Positions 8,553 through 21,689 are shown, counted from the first letter of the stretch. The stretch is DNA of 24,000 nt from an uncultured Acidimicrobiales bacterium (GCA_963810195.1 CAWEMO010000002.1:442824-466823), one strand, 5' to 3'. The notes: generated by a model from the sequence alone, not told the origin. Numbers and translations: made by a program.

Positions 8553-8993
8553 ATGCGTATCGCAGTCGGCTCCGACCACGCCGGCTACCGCCTCAAGGAG
8601 TTCCTCGCCGCCCACCTCACCACGTCGGGACACGACGTCGACGACCTCGGGGCGCACTCGGAGGCCCCGGTCGACTACCCGGAATTCGGTGCGGCGGTGG
8701 GCCGCGCCGTGTCCGAAGGGCGGGCGGAACTGGGCCTGTGCGCCTGCGGGACGGGGATCGGCATCTCCATCGCCGCCAACAAGATCCCCGGGGTGCGTGC
8801 CGCCGTGGTCCATGACGTGACCACGGCACGCCTGGCACGTGCCCACAATCACGCCAATGTGGTGTGCATGGGTGGCCGCATGGTCGGGTTCGAGGTCGCC
8901 AAGGACGCCGTCGACACGTTCCTGTCGACCGAGCCGGCCGGGGGTCGACACGACCGGCGCATCCGCGAGATCGCCGTGCTCGAGGCGCGCTGA
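8553..8993 (+). CDS. rpiB: Ribose-5-phosphate isomerase B (RpiB/LacAB family)
   Basis: 146 aa with '[18 protein letters not shown]', '[28 protein letters not shown]', '[16 protein letters not shown]'. Confidence 0.93.
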   Translation: MRIAVGSDHAGYRLKEFLAAHLTTSGHDVDDLGAHSEAPVDYPEFGAAVGRAVSEGRAELGLCACGTGIGISIAANKIPGVRAAVVHDVTTARLARAHNHANVVCMGGRMVGFEVAKDAVDTFLSTEPAGGRHDRRIREIAVLEAR

Positions 8994-8996
8994 GCA

Positions 8997-9010
8997 CGCG
9001 GCCGGCCGCG
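8997..9010. repeat. Perfect 14-bp palindrome CGCGGCCGGCCGCG
   Basis: Read directly, 3 bp after the rpiB stop codon. Confidence 0.8.
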
Positions 9011-9081
9011 CGGGCGCTCGACATCGCGACAGACCACCGAAGCAGGGCGACGGCCCCAGGGCAGAGGCAGAGAGGACAGAG

Positions 9082-10431
9082 ATGACCGAGGCAGGCGCCG
9101 GCTCAGGCCGGGCGTGGTCCCCTTTCGACGAGTGGCTCGTGGACGATCCCGAGCTCGAGGCGCTGCTCGGGGCCGAGATCGACCGGCAGTCGACGACGCT
9201 CCAGCTGATCGCGTCCGAGAACTTCACCTCCCCCGCAGTGTTGGCGGCTTCGGGCTCGGTGCTCACCAACAAGTACTCCGAGGGCTATCCGGGGCGCCGC
9301 TACTACGGCGGGAACCAGGTCATCGACGAGGTGGAGAACCTGGCCCGGGATCGGGCCACCTCCCTGTTCGGAGCGGAGCACGCCAACGTCCAGCCGCACG
9401 CCGGGGCGACCGCGAACCTGGCGGTGTACCAGGCGCTGCTCGAGCCGGGGGACACCGTCTTGGCCATGAGCCTCGACCACGGCGGCCATCTCACCCACGG
9501 CTCGCCCGCCAGCATCACGAGCAAGATCTGGCACTTCGTGGCCTACGGGGTGACCCCGGCCTCGGCGGACCCCGACGTGCCGGGTGAGACCATCGACTTC
9601 GACGAGGTGGCCGACGTCGCCAAGCGTGAGCGCCCCAAGCTGATCGTGGCGGGCGCCACGGCCTATCCCCGCCTCATCGACGCCCAGCCGTTCCGCGAGA
9701 TCGCCGACGCCGTGGGTGCCAAGCTGATGTTCGACATCGCCCATCCGGCGGGACTGGTCGCGGGCGGAGTGCACCCGAATCCCGTCGGCATCGCGGATGT
9801 CGTGACCCTCACGACCCACAAGACGCTGCGCGGGCCCCGGGGCGGGGCGATCCTGTGCGGCCGCGACCTCGCCAAGGCGATCGACTCGGCGGTCTTCCCG
9901 GGGCTGCAGGGTGGTCCGCTCGAGCACGTCGTGGCGGCCAAGGCAGTCGCGTTCCGAGAGGCGTCGCTGCCTTCGTTCCACGACTATGCGACCAGGGTGG
10001 TCGCCAACGCGCGCTCCCTCGCCCGCGCCCTGGCCGCTGAAGGGTTCCGTCTGGTGTCGGGGGGGACCGACAACCATCTCATCCTCGTCGACCTCCGGCC
10101 CTTCGATGCCGAGCTCACGGGCAAGCAGGCCCAGGAGGTCCTCGACCGCGCCGGGATCACGCTCAACCGCAACACCATTCCCGACGACCCTCGCCCCCCC
10201 TTCGTGACCTCGGGGCTGCGCCTCGGGAGCGCGGCGCAGACGACGACCGGCATGGGGCCCGAGGAGATGGTCCGCATCGCAGGGCTGATCGGCCGCGCCC
10301 TGCGGCACCGGGGCAACGAGGCCGTCCTGGGCGAGGTGCGCGGCGACGTCCTCGAGCTGTGCGGCGGGTTCCCGCCCTACCCGCAGCTCGTCACGGGCAT
10401 TCCGGTGTCCAGCCGGGCCGGAGGCGGCTGA
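9082..10431 (+). CDS. glyA: Serine hydroxymethyltransferase
   Basis: Real start is likely ATG 9082 ([12 protein letters not shown]...), inside the longer 8839-10431 ORF. '[15 protein letters not shown]', '[15 protein letters not shown]', PLP-lysine '[15 protein letters not shown]'. Confidence 0.95.
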   Translation: MTEAGAGSGRAWSPFDEWLVDDPELEALLGAEIDRQSTTLQLIASENFTSPAVLAASGSVLTNKYSEGYPGRRYYGGNQVIDEVENLARDRATSLFGAEHANVQPHAGATANLAVYQALLEPGDTVLAMSLDHGGHLTHGSPASITSKIWHFVAYGVTPASADPDVPGETIDFDEVADVAKRERPKLIVAGATAYPRLIDAQPFREIADAVGAKLMFDIAHPAGLVAGGVHPNPVGIADVVTLTTHKTLRGPRGGAILCGRDLAKAIDSAVFPGLQGGPLEHVVAAKAVAFREASLPSFHDYATRVVANARSLARALAAEGFRLVSGGTDNHLILVDLRPFDAELTGKQAQEVLDRAGITLNRNTIPDDPRPPFVTSGLRLGSAAQTTTGMGPEEMVRIAGLIGRALRHRGNEAVLGEVRGDVLELCGGFPPYPQLVTGIPVSSRAGGG

Positions 10432-10435
10432 GGCC

Positions 10436-11713
10436 GTGCCCCCGCTCGGGGCATACGTCGTGGTGGCGGTGGTCGCCGCCGTGGGGACGTTCGCGGCGAT
10501 GTTCCCGATCCGCCGACTCGCCGTGCGGGCCCACTTCGTGGTCGAGCCCGACGAGCTGCGCATCCACGACCGTGTCACCCCCTACGGCGGTGGTATCGCC
10601 ATGTTCCTGGCCTTCCTGGTGGCGATCCTGGTGGCGTCGCAGCTCGGACAGCTCAAGGGTTTGTTCTCCGGGTCCTCGGAGCCGCTCGGCCTGGTGCTGG
10701 GGGCCGGGGTGATCTTCGTGGTCGGGTTCATCGACGACGTCAGGGAGATGTCGGCGCCGGCCAAGGTGGCCGGGCAGGTGCTCGCCGCCATGGTGCTCGT
10801 CTTCCTCGGCGTGACGATGTTCCAATTCAAGGTCCCGTTCGTGGGCTTCTTCGTCCTCTCGCCCGACGTGACGCCGCTGCTCACGGCCTTGTGGGTGATC
10901 GTCATCACGAACGCCGTGAACCTCATCGACGGCCTCGACGGGCTGGCCACGGGGATCGTCGCCATCGCCTCGGGTGCCCTCGCCATCTACGGCCTGCGTC
11001 TGGTCTTTCTGGGGTACCTCCCGTCCGACAACCTGGGCCCGCTGATCGCGGTGGTGGCCTTCGGGGTCTGCATCGGGTTCCTGCCCCACAACCTGCACCC
11101 GGCCCGCGCCTTCATGGGCGACGCCGGCTCGCTGTTCCTGGGCCTGTTGCTGGCGGCGTCGACGATGCTGATCGGGGGCCGGACCCCCGACGTGAGCGGT
11201 CAGACCTACTTCTTCTTCGCACCTCTGCTCATCCCGGTCTTCATTTTGGGTGTGCCCATCGCCGACATGGCGTTCGCGTTCGTCCGGCGCACGGCCAAGG
11301 GCACCGGGTTCCACAACCGCGACATGATGCATGTGCACCACCGGCTCCTGCGCCTCGGCCACGGACCACGTCGTACGGTCGCCATCCTGTGGGCGTGGAC
11401 GGCGGTGCTCTCCGCGTTCTTGCTGTTCCCCTTGTTCTACAAGCGTGCCAATGCCTTCATCCTCTTCGGGATCATCGTGCTCGGCCTGGCGCTCTACACC
11501 CTGTTCCACCCCGGGCTCCGCAAGGACACCGTGAACGGCAAGGACACCGCGAACGCCGGGGACGCGGTCGAGAGCATGGCCGACGGGAAGCACGACCCCG
11601 CCCACGTGGGGCCGGGGACGGCGTCGGGGGACGGCTCCCAGGGCAACGGGGCGGGCCCGGGCGCTACCGACCCGGCGCGTGCACCGGGGCCCGTGGCGCG
11701 CGCGCCGCTTTGA
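10436..11713 (+). CDS. wecA: Undecaprenyl-phosphate glycosyl-1-phosphate transferase (WecA/TagO/MraY family)
   Basis: 425 aa polytopic protein, GTG start. 'RIHDRVTPYGGGIAMF', 'GFIDDVREMSAPAKVAGQ', 'NAVNLIDGLDGLATG', 'ARAFMGDAGSLFLG', 'HVHHRLLRLGH'. Confidence 0.9.
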   Translation: MPPLGAYVVVAVVAAVGTFAAMFPIRRLAVRAHFVVEPDELRIHDRVTPYGGGIAMFLAFLVAILVASQLGQLKGLFSGSSEPLGLVLGAGVIFVVGFIDDVREMSAPAKVAGQVLAAMVLVFLGVTMFQFKVPFVGFFVLSPDVTPLLTALWVIVITNAVNLIDGLDGLATGIVAIASGALAIYGLRLVFLGYLPSDNLGPLIAVVAFGVCIGFLPHNLHPARAFMGDAGSLFLGLLLAASTMLIGGRTPDVSGQTYFFFAPLLIPVFILGVPIADMAFAFVRRTAKGTGFHNRDMMHVHHRLLRLGHGPRRTVAILWAWTAVLSAFLLFPLFYKRANAFILFGIIVLGLALYTLFHPGLRKDTVNGKDTANAGDAVESMADGKHDPAHVGPGTASGDGSQGNGAGPGATDPARAPGPVARAPL

Positions 11714-11773
11714 TGGGTGAGGTGCCGCCGGCGGTCCCCGGATCTCTTGCAGAGCGCAAATAATCCCCGCCCA

Positions 11774-11801
11774 GCCCCTCGTTTTGCCGCGCACGAGGGG
11801 C
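11774..11801. promoter_or_regulatory. 8-bp perfect inverted repeat GCCCCTCG-N12-CGAGGGGC upstream of the atp operon
   Basis: Arms 11774-11781 and 11794-11801, no adjacent T-tract on either strand. A weak promoter-like TTGCCG (11784-11789), N18, GAAGAT (11808-11813) overlaps it. Confidence 0.45.
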
Positions 11802-11968
11802 GGATGCGAAGATTGTGGTGTGCGCTTCCCGCTCCCAGTCGGTGTCGATGAACGGACTCCGGTCGTGGTTGCAGTCGGTGCGAGCGCCGGGCACGCCGAG
11901 TGATCTCAGGCCAGCCCAGGCGATGCACGGCACCTGCCCTCTGAGCGACGCGCGCCAGGCGAGAGGAC

Positions 11969-12172
11969 GTGGAGGAGAAGCCCCCACCGAGGGTCTTCGA
12001 TCTCATGGCCATGGGCGTGGCGTCGGCACTCATGATCGGCGCGGGGTTGGGCATCGGCTTAGTGGTCGACGGCTGGTTGCACAGCAGTCCGATAGCCACC
12101 CTGGTCGGTCTCGTGCTCGGGATCACCGCCGCGGTGGGCAGCACGGTGCGACAGATCCGCAGGTTCATGTAG
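11969..12172 (+). CDS. atpZ: AtpZ/AtpI-like small membrane protein
   Basis: 67 aa, GTG start: 'VFDLMAMGVASALMIGAGLGIGLVVDGWLHSSPIATLVGLVLGITAAVGSTVRQIRRF', typical of the two-helix protein upstream of atp genes. Confidence 0.65.
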   Translation: MEEKPPPRVFDLMAMGVASALMIGAGLGIGLVVDGWLHSSPIATLVGLVLGITAAVGSTVRQIRRFM

Positions 12173-12227
12173 CCGCTGGCTGCGTGTCCGCGTCCTCGGC
12201 CAGGGCCGATCGGGCCGGTGGGCGGTC

Positions 12228-12683
12228 GTGATGGTCAATCTTTTCTCGCAGTTCTCGTTGCCCCAGATCTCGGTCGTCGCCCGGAGGACGGTGCTCGTCT
12301 CGGGCGGGGTGGGTGCGCTGTCCCTCGTCCTCGGCGTCGTGGCCGGATACCCGCTGGTGGGACTCGGCGTGTGCCTGGGGCTGGCCACGGCACTCGTCAA
12401 CTTCCGGCTCATCTCGCGCGCCACGGTCAAGGCGGCCGCCTCCGCGGAGGAGAACAAGCGGCGGCCCCTGGCCTTCAACACGCTCGGGCGGCTGGGGGTC
12501 ATCAGCGTCGTCGCCCTGGCCATCACGTACTTCGTCCGCCCGCTGGGCTTCGGCATGCTGGTCGGACTGGCCGTCTTCCAGTTCGCCCTGCTCGCCAACG
12601 TGGTCGTGACCATGCTGCGGCACCCCCTCATGGGTGACACCTCGATGGGCACACCCTTCGTCGACGACGAGGACGACGAGTGA
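12228..12683 (+). CDS. ATP synthase subunit I-like membrane protein
   Basis: 151 aa, hydrophobic helices, GTG start, overlaps the atpB start by 4 bp (GTGA). Confidence 0.65.
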   Translation: MMVNLFSQFSLPQISVVARRTVLVSGGVGALSLVLGVVAGYPLVGLGVCLGLATALVNFRLISRATVKAAASAEENKRRPLAFNTLGRLGVISVVALAITYFVRPLGFGMLVGLAVFQFALLANVVVTMLRHPLMGDTSMGTPFVDDEDDE

Positions 12684-13424
12684 TCGGCTTGACGCACCTC
12701 CTCGCGGCCAACATCAACGTGGGCACGCACGTCCAGCGCTCCGGCCTGGACCTCGACACCATCTGGTCGACGGCGGCCGCAATGGCGATCGTCATCGGCC
12801 TGGGCCTCTACCTCCGGGCCAAGGCGACGAGCGGGGTGCCGGGGAAGCTGCAGCTCGCCTGGGAGACAGGGTTGCAGGCGGTCCAACAGCAGGTCGAGGG
12901 GACGATCGGCCCCCGGGGCGCCGCCGTCGTCCCTCTGGCCGTGACGCTGTTCGTGTTCATCCTCGTGGCCAATTGGTTCTCGGTCCTGGGCATCGGATCG
13001 GAGATCGAGTGGATCGGGCCGCCGACCAGCGACATCAACGTGACGCTGGCGCTGGCCCTCATCGTGATCATCCCCGTGCACATCGCGTCCATCCGCTCCC
13101 GGGGGTTCGTCGGCTACGTCAAGCACTACGTCAGCCAACCGTTCCCGAAGGCGCTGTTCCCCCTGAACATCTTCATGAACGGCGTCGAGGAGATCGCCAA
13201 ACCCCTCACGCTCGCGCTCCGGCTCTTCGGCAACCTTCTCTCGGGGGGCCTCATGCTCGCCCTGATCGCGGCGCTGGGGGTGTGGAGCATCTCGCACGTG
13301 CCGATCGGAGACGTCGCCACCATCATCCTCAACCCGATATGGAAGCTCTTCGACCTCTTCATCGGCGCCATCCAGGCCTTCATCTTCGCCCTCCTCACGA
13401 TCCTCTACTTCGACACCGCCATGA

Positions 13425-13438
<14 letters not shown>
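12680..13438 (+). CDS. atpB: F0F1 ATP synthase subunit a
   Basis: 252 aa, GTG start. 'LFVFILVANWFSVL' and essential-Arg helix 'PLTLALRLFGNLLSGGLML'. Confidence 0.95.
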
Positions 13439-13793
<355 letters not shown>

Positions 13794-13948
13794 GCCCGAG
13801 GGGAGCAGGGATGTCCCGCGAGGATGGCAACGTCGATCAGGGCCACCGGCGAGCCCGTCCCGGCTTGCCGCCGCGTCCCGACGCCGAGGCGTCGTGCTCG
13901 CCGATTGGCGGGGTCTGACAACCGAAACCGAACAGAGGCTGAACCGAC

Positions 13949-14479
13949 ATGATTGCGAGTAGCAACTTCCTGGTACCCAACGCGACGCTCATCGTCGAGA
14001 TCGTCGCCTTCCTGGCCGTGCTCGGCGTGATCGGGAAGTACGTGCTGCCCGTGCTCAACAAGGCGCTCGAGGAGCGCCAGGAGCAGATCCGCGGCGCCCT
14101 CGAAGCGGCCGAGACGGCGCGTGCCGAGGCCGCCGAGGCCGAGGCCGAGCGCCAGCAGACGCTCGACGAAGCCCGCAGACAGGCGCGCGACATCGTCACC
14201 CAGGCCAACAAGGCGGCGGAACGGGTGGCTGCCCAGGCCGAGGAGCGGGGTCGGATCGAGTACGAGCGCCTGGTGGCCAGGGCGGACGCGGAGATCGCCG
14301 GTGCACGCCAGCGCGCCGTGGACGAGGTCAGCTCCAAGGTCGGGGCCCTGGTGATCTCGGTCGCTCGTCAGGTGATCGCCCGGGAGATCGACGAGTCCAG
14401 CCACCGCGCCCTGATCGACGAGGCCGTCGCCGCGCTGCGCGGGTCCGTCGACACGACCGCGGGCACCACCCAGGTCTGA
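13949..14479 (+). CDS. atpF: F0F1 ATP synthase subunit b
   Basis: 176 aa: N-terminal TM helix 'NATLIVEIVAFLAVLGVIGKYVLPVLNKALEERQEQIRGAL' followed by a charged coiled coil. Confidence 0.94.
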   Translation: MIASSNFLVPNATLIVEIVAFLAVLGVIGKYVLPVLNKALEERQEQIRGALEAAETARAEAAEAEAERQQTLDEARRQARDIVTQANKAAERVAAQAEERGRIEYERLVARADAEIAGARQRAVDEVSSKVGALVISVARQVIAREIDESSHRALIDEAVAALRGSVDTTAGTTQV

Positions 14480-14517
14480 CCGGGCCGGGCTGAGCGGGCG
14501 CGAGAAGGAAGACGGCA

Positions 14518-15438
14518 GTGCACGAATCGCTTCGGGGCTACACCACGGCGGTCCTGGCCGACGTGGCCAGAACCACGTCCGGCGAGGAGATCGCCGAGGA
14601 CCTGAACGCGGTGGCGCATCTCGTGTCGCGCACGAACGAGCTGGCGGTGACCCTCACCGACTTCGGGGTGCCGACCTCGGCCCGCCGGGCGGTGCTCCAG
14701 GACCTGCTCGAGTCGCGGGTGCAACCCCTCGCGCTCCGAATCGTCCTCCGGGCCGTGCAGACCGAGCGCGTCGAGGAGTTCCCGACCGTGCTCCACGAGC
14801 TCTACGAGCTGGCCCGGCACATGCACGATCTGCACCCGGAGGAATTCCGTGCCGAGGAGCCGATCGTGAGCCGGTTGGCCTGGCGCGAGTTCGTGGCCGG
14901 GTATTCGGACGCAGTCTTCGAAGGCATCGCCGAGACCTCCGAGCTCGAGGAGATCGAGGACGAGCTGTTCCGTTTCGCTCGGGTCGTCGAGTCGAGCGCA
15001 ACGCTGCGGAGCGTCCTGTCCGACACGACGCTGCCGCTTCCGAGCAGGGAGCAGATCCTGGGCGAGCTCCTCGAGGCCAAGGTGCGGCCCGCGACGCTCC
15101 AGCTCATCCGCATCACGATCCAGGGGCGCGTGCGCGACCTCGCCGCTTCCTTGGACTGGCTCGTCGAACAGGCGGCACGGGCCAGGGGCTGGCGCGTGGC
15201 GCGCGTCTACACCGGGCTCCCCATCGACGCCGACGAGAACGGGAAGCTGACCGAGGCGCTGGAGCACCTGACGCACGGGCCGGTGGAGCTGCAGATCCTG
15301 GCCGCGCCCGACATTCTCGGCGGCGCCGTGATCCAGATCGGCGACCTGCTCGTGGACGCCAGCGCGCAGCGCCGTCTCGACCAAATGGAAGAACACCTCC
15401 TCAGCCATGAGGGGGCAACGCGAGGAGCACAGACCTGA
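14518..15438 (+). CDS. atpH: F0F1 ATP synthase subunit delta, extended with duplicated N-terminal domain
   Basis: 306 aa, GTG start, between atpF and atpA. C-terminal delta/OSCP signature region '[72 protein letters not shown]'. Confidence 0.92.
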   Translation: MHESLRGYTTAVLADVARTTSGEEIAEDLNAVAHLVSRTNELAVTLTDFGVPTSARRAVLQDLLESRVQPLALRIVLRAVQTERVEEFPTVLHELYELARHMHDLHPEEFRAEEPIVSRLAWREFVAGYSDAVFEGIAETSELEEIEDELFRFARVVESSATLRSVLSDTTLPLPSREQILGELLEAKVRPATLQLIRITIQGRVRDLAASLDWLVEQAARARGWRVARVYTGLPIDADENGKLTEALEHLTHGPVELQILAAPDILGGAVIQIGDLLVDASAQRRLDQMEEHLLSHEGATRGAQT

Positions 15439-16961
15439 TGGCAGAGCTGACCATCAACGCCGACGAGATCGCCGCCGCGCTGCAGCGGCACGTCACCGAG
15501 TACACACCCGAGGTCTCCGCCGAGCAGGTGGGGCGCATCACCGAGGTGGGGGACGGCATCGCCCGCATCAGCGGCCTCCCCATGGTGGCGGTGAACGAGC
15601 TGCTCGAATTCGAGGACGGCACGCTGGGGATCGCCCTCAACCTCGACGAGGACACCGTGGGCGCGGTGGTGCTGGGCAGCGACGCCCACATCGAAGAGGA
15701 GCAGCTGGTCCGGGCCACCGGGCGCATCCTGTCGGTGCCGGTGGGCGACGGGCTCCTCGGCCGGGTGGTGAACCCTCTCGGCGAGCCCATCGACGGCAAG
15801 GGGGCGATCGGGGCCACCGAGACCCGGCGGCTCGAGGTCCAGGCACCGGGCATCGTGGACCGCCAACCGGTGAAGGAGCCTCTGCAGACCGGGATCAAGG
15901 CCATCGACGCCATGACCCCGATCGGCCGTGGCCAGCGCGAGCTCATCATCGGCGACCGCAAGACGGGGAAGACCACCGTCGCCATCGACACGATCCTCAA
16001 CCAGAAGGGCCAGGGGGTGAAGTGCATCTACGTCCCCATCGGCCAGAAGGGGTCGTCGGTGGCCCAGACCGTGGCGACGCTCGAGGCCCACAAGGCCATG
16101 GACTACACCGTCGTGGTCAGTGCTCCGGCGTCGGAGCCCGCCCCGTTCAAGTACATCGCCCCCTACGCCGGCTGTGCCATCGGCCAGCACTGGATGGAGA
16201 ACGGCGAGCACGCCCTGATCGTCTACGACGACCTGTCGAAGCAGGCCGAGGCGTACCGCCAGATGTCGCTCCTGCTGCGGAGGCCTCCGGGCCGCGAAGC
16301 CTACCCGGGCGACGTGTTCTACCTGCACAGCCGCCTCCTCGAGCGCGCCGCCAAGCTCTCCGACGCCCGCGGTGGGGGCTCGCTGACGGCGCTGCCCATC
16401 ATCGAGACCAAGGGTGGCGACGTGTCCGCGTACATCCCCACCAACGTGATCTCCATCACCGACGGGCAGATCTACCTCGAGTCCGAGCTCTTCTACGCCG
16501 GGGTCCGGCCGGCCATGAACGTCGGCATCTCGGTCTCACGCGTCGGCGGTGCCGCCCAGATCAAGGCCATGCGGTCGGTGGCGGGAACGCTCAAGATCGA
16601 CCTGGCCCAGTTCCGTGAGCTCGAGGCCTTCGCCACGTTCGGGTCCGAGCTCGACAAGGTGTCCCAAGCTCAGCTCGACCGGGGCTATCGCCTCACGGAG
16701 CTGCTCAAGCAGTCCCAGAACGCCCCCCTGCCGGTCGAGGAGCAGGTGGTGGTGATCTACGCCGGCTCGAACGGCTGGGTGGACCAGGTGGCCGTGTCGG
16801 AGGTGCGCCGCTTCGAAGCCGAGCTCCTCGAGTTCATGCGGAGCAGCCACCCGGAGATCCTCGAACACATACGCAGCCAGGGCACCTTGCCCGACGAGTC
16901 CGAGCTCAAGCGCGCCCTGCAGGCGTTCAAGGACTCCTTCGTCGCCATCGAGGGTGATTGA
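15438..16961 (+). CDS. atpA: F0F1 ATP synthase subunit alpha
   Basis: 507 aa with '[29 protein letters not shown]'. Start overlaps the atpH stop (TGATG). Confidence 0.98.
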   Translation: MAELTINADEIAAALQRHVTEYTPEVSAEQVGRITEVGDGIARISGLPMVAVNELLEFEDGTLGIALNLDEDTVGAVVLGSDAHIEEEQLVRATGRILSVPVGDGLLGRVVNPLGEPIDGKGAIGATETRRLEVQAPGIVDRQPVKEPLQTGIKAIDAMTPIGRGQRELIIGDRKTGKTTVAIDTILNQKGQGVKCIYVPIGQKGSSVAQTVATLEAHKAMDYTVVVSAPASEPAPFKYIAPYAGCAIGQHWMENGEHALIVYDDLSKQAEAYRQMSLLLRRPPGREAYPGDVFYLHSRLLERAAKLSDARGGGSLTALPIIETKGGDVSAYIPTNVISITDGQIYLESELFYAGVRPAMNVGISVSRVGGAAQIKAMRSVAGTLKIDLAQFRELEAFATFGSELDKVSQAQLDRGYRLTELLKQSQNAPLPVEEQVVVIYAGSNGWVDQVAVSEVRRFEAELLEFMRSSHPEILEHIRSQGTLPDESELKRALQAFKDSFVAIEGD

Positions 16962-16964
16962 ACG

Positions 16965-19357
<2,393 letters not shown>

Positions 19358-19365
19358 CACCACCG

Positions 19366-19830
19366 ATGGCCATCTTCCCGGCAACACTGGTCACCCCCGA
19401 GCGCATCCTGCTCGAAGAAGACGTCGCGGCCGTCATCTTGCGCACCGACGGCGGTGACGCCGCCTTCATGCCCGGCCACACCCCGCTGATCGGTGCGCTC
19501 GTGCCGGGAGCGGTGCGTTTCCAGCACGAGGACGGGACCGAGGAGCGCGCCGCGGTGCACGGCGGGTTCGTCCAGGTGGCCGGGGACCACGTTCGGGTCA
19601 TCGCGCCGGTCGCCGAGCGCTCCGAGGAGATCGACGTGGGACGCGCCCGACGTGCCCTGGAGGCCGCCAACGAGCGTGTCGCCGAGCTCGGCGGGGCGAG
19701 GTCGGGCGCCGGCGATTCCGGCGAGGAGGCGCCGGTGGACCGGGCATTGGTGGACGCCGAGGCGGCCCGGCTCCGGGCCGAAGTCCGCCTCGAAGTCGCC
19801 GGCGCATCGTCCGACACGCGGGCGTCCTGA
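19366..19830 (+). CDS. atpC: F0F1 ATP synthase subunit epsilon
   Basis: 154 aa with 'LVTPERILLEEDVAAVILRTDGGDAAFMPGHTPLIGALVPGAVRF' following atpD. Confidence 0.95.
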   Translation: MAIFPATLVTPERILLEEDVAAVILRTDGGDAAFMPGHTPLIGALVPGAVRFQHEDGTEERAAVHGGFVQVAGDHVRVIAPVAERSEEIDVGRARRALEAANERVAELGGARSGAGDSGEEAPVDRALVDAEAARLRAEVRLEVAGASSDTRAS

Positions 19831-19874
19831 GCGCGCCTGCACGCGCCTGCACGTGTGAGGGGCCCTCCCGAGCG

Positions 19875-20678
19875 CTACGGCCGGCGCCCCGAGACCCGGT
19901 GCCGGGCCGCGAAGGGCACGGCGAAATCCGGGTCCCCGAGCAGGGCGAGCATGGCGTCGTAACTCGCGTCGTCGACGGCGTGTCCGTCCAGAGGCTCCAT
20001 GTGGGCGGGGTCGGTGACGAGGGGCCGGATGTTCTCGAGGGTCTCGCGCCAGAACGCGGCGGCCGGGGAGGCCCCGGTGAGCAGGTCCTCGCGCACGTCG
20101 TCGTGCACATCGACGAAGCCCAGCGCGACGAGCCGCGTGGCGAGGCCACGGGCCCACGTCCAGCGCGTCGCGAGCGGCACCATCACCTCGAGGAACGGGG
20201 CGGGGACGCCGGGGAGGGACACGGCCCGCTCCGCCGGCGCGCCGTCCGCCTCCTCGAAGAGCACCACGCCGCCGGGAGCCAGTGCGGGCACGAGGCGTTC
20301 CACCACGGCGTCGGGGTCGTCGAGGTGCATGAGCACCGACCGAGAATGGACGAGATCGAAGCACGACGACCCGAACGACATGGTCGTGAGATCTCCCTCG
20401 ACGACCGTGACGTTGGGACTCGCCGCCAGGTCCGCTAGGAGGGTCGTGTCGCGGTCGATGGCGGTCACCGAGCCGGCCGCGCCCACCCGGTCCGCCAGCC
20501 ACCGCGCCACGGAGCCCGCGCCGGCTCCGAGCTCCGCGCAGCGCCATCCGGGCGCGACCCCGAGGCGTTCGAATTGCCTGATGGTGGAGGCGTCGTGCAG
20601 GGACTGCAGAGTCCCGAGCCGGGCGGCCTCCTCGGGGGCGGCGTTGCGCAGGGGGTAGCGGCTCGGCGAGCTGGGCAC
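19875..20678 (-). CDS. Class I SAM-dependent methyltransferase
   Basis: 267 aa with motif I 'RCAELGAGAGSVARWLADRVG', acidic 'TAIDRD', 'VVEGDLTTMSF', 'FDLVHSRSVLMHL'. Confidence 0.85.
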   Translation of the reverse strand: MPSSPSRYPLRNAAPEEAARLGTLQSLHDASTIRQFERLGVAPGWRCAELGAGAGSVARWLADRVGAAGSVTAIDRDTTLLADLAASPNVTVVEGDLTTMSFGSSCFDLVHSRSVLMHLDDPDAVVERLVPALAPGGVVLFEEADGAPAERAVSLPGVPAPFLEVMVPLATRWTWARGLATRLVALGFVDVHDDVREDLLTGASPAAAFWRETLENIRPLVTDPAHMEPLDGHAVDDASYDAMLALLGDPDFAVPFAARHRVSGRRP

Positions 20679-20693
20679 GGACCGTCCGATCGG

Positions 20694-21689
20694 TCAGCCG
20701 AACTCGATCTGGCTGTACTCCCGCAGCTTGTGCAGGGCGTGGCGCGCGCTCACGAACCGCACCGTCCCCGATCGGGAACGCATGACGAGCGACTGGGTGG
20801 TCACGCCGTAATCTGCGTAGCGCACGCCCTGGAGGAGCTCGCCGTCGGTCACGGCGGTGGCGGCGAAGAAGCAGTTGTCGCCCTTCACGAGGTCGTCGGT
20901 CATGAGCACGGTGTCGAGGTCGTACCCGGCCGCGATCGCAGCACCGCGCTCCTCGTCGTCGCGGGCGAAGAGCCGTCCCTGGATCTCCCCGCCCATGCAC
21001 TTGAGGGCAGCCGCGGCGATCACCCCCTCGGGAGTCCCCCCGATGCCGTAGAGGACGTCGACGCCCGAGTCCGGCCACGCCACGGAGATGGCACCGGCCA
21101 CGTCCCCGTCGGAGATCAGCTTGATGCGGGCCCCGCTGGAGCGGACCTCCTCGATCAGCTCCTTGTGCCGAGGCCGGTCGAGGATGACGGTGGTGATGTC
21201 ACGGATGGACTTGCCCAGCGCCTTGGCCACGGCCTCGAGGTTCTCGGTGGGCGAGCGCCGCACGTCCACCGACCCCGCCGCCTTGGGCCCGACGGCCAGC
21301 TTCTCCATGTACACGCAGGGGCCCGGGTTGAACATGGTGCCGCGGTCGGAGACCGCGATCACGGCCAGTGCCCCGGCCCGTCCCAGCGACGTCAGGTTCG
21401 TCCCGTCGATGGGGTCCACGGCGATGTCGGTGGGGGGAGGCGACCCGTCCCCGATGTGCTCGCCGTTGTACAGCATGGGCGCGTGGTCCTTCTCGCCCTC
21501 GCCGATCACGACGACGCCGTCCATGGTGACGGTCTGCAGCACGACGCGCATCGCCTGGACGGCGGCTCCGTCGGCGCCTTCCTTGTCGCCCCGGCCCATC
21601 CACCTCCCCGCCGCCATGGCGGCGGCCTCGGTGACGCGGACGAGCTCCATGGCGAGATTGCGGTCGGGTGCGCGGGGGTTGGGCGCCAC
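20694..21689 (-). CDS. glpX: Class II fructose-1,6-bisphosphatase
   Basis: 331 aa with '[21 protein letters not shown]', '[16 protein letters not shown]', and '[19 protein letters not shown]'. Confidence 0.94.
   Translation of the reverse strand: MAPNPRAPDRNLAMELVRVTEAAAMAAGRWMGRGDKEGADGAAVQAMRVVLQTVTMDGVVVIGEGEKDHAPMLYNGEHIGDGSPPPTDIAVDPIDGTNLTSLGRAGALAVIAVSDRGTMFNPGPCVYMEKLAVGPKAAGSVDVRRSPTENLEAVAKALGKSIRDITTVILDRPRHKELIEEVRSSGARIKLISDGDVAGAISVAWPDSGVDVLYGIGGTPEGVIAAAALKCMGGEIQGRLFARDDEERGAAIAAGYDLDTVLMTDDLVKGDNCFFAATAVTDGELLQGVRYADYGVTTQSLVMRSRSGTVRFVSARHALHKLREYSQIEFG

Noticed and set aside
6466-8820. 784-aa plus-strand ORF covering the LEH-like gene and the thiolase-like region
   Set aside because: Mostly antisense to the well-supported minus-strand thiolase-like CDS. 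Its Arg/Gly/Pro/His-rich translation is typical of spurious ORFs in GC-rich DNA.
8994-9081. Possible glycine riboswitch upstream of glyA (CCGAAG... and ...GGACAGAG-like strings)
   Set aside because: The paired GGAGAG / CUCUCAGG core is absent and the gap is only 88 bp. The similarity is superficial; a cmsearch against Rfam glycine would decide.
19833-19852. 10-bp tandem duplication GCGCCTGCAC x2 just after the atpC stop
   Set aside because: Only two copies in a short convergent spacer; too little to support function.
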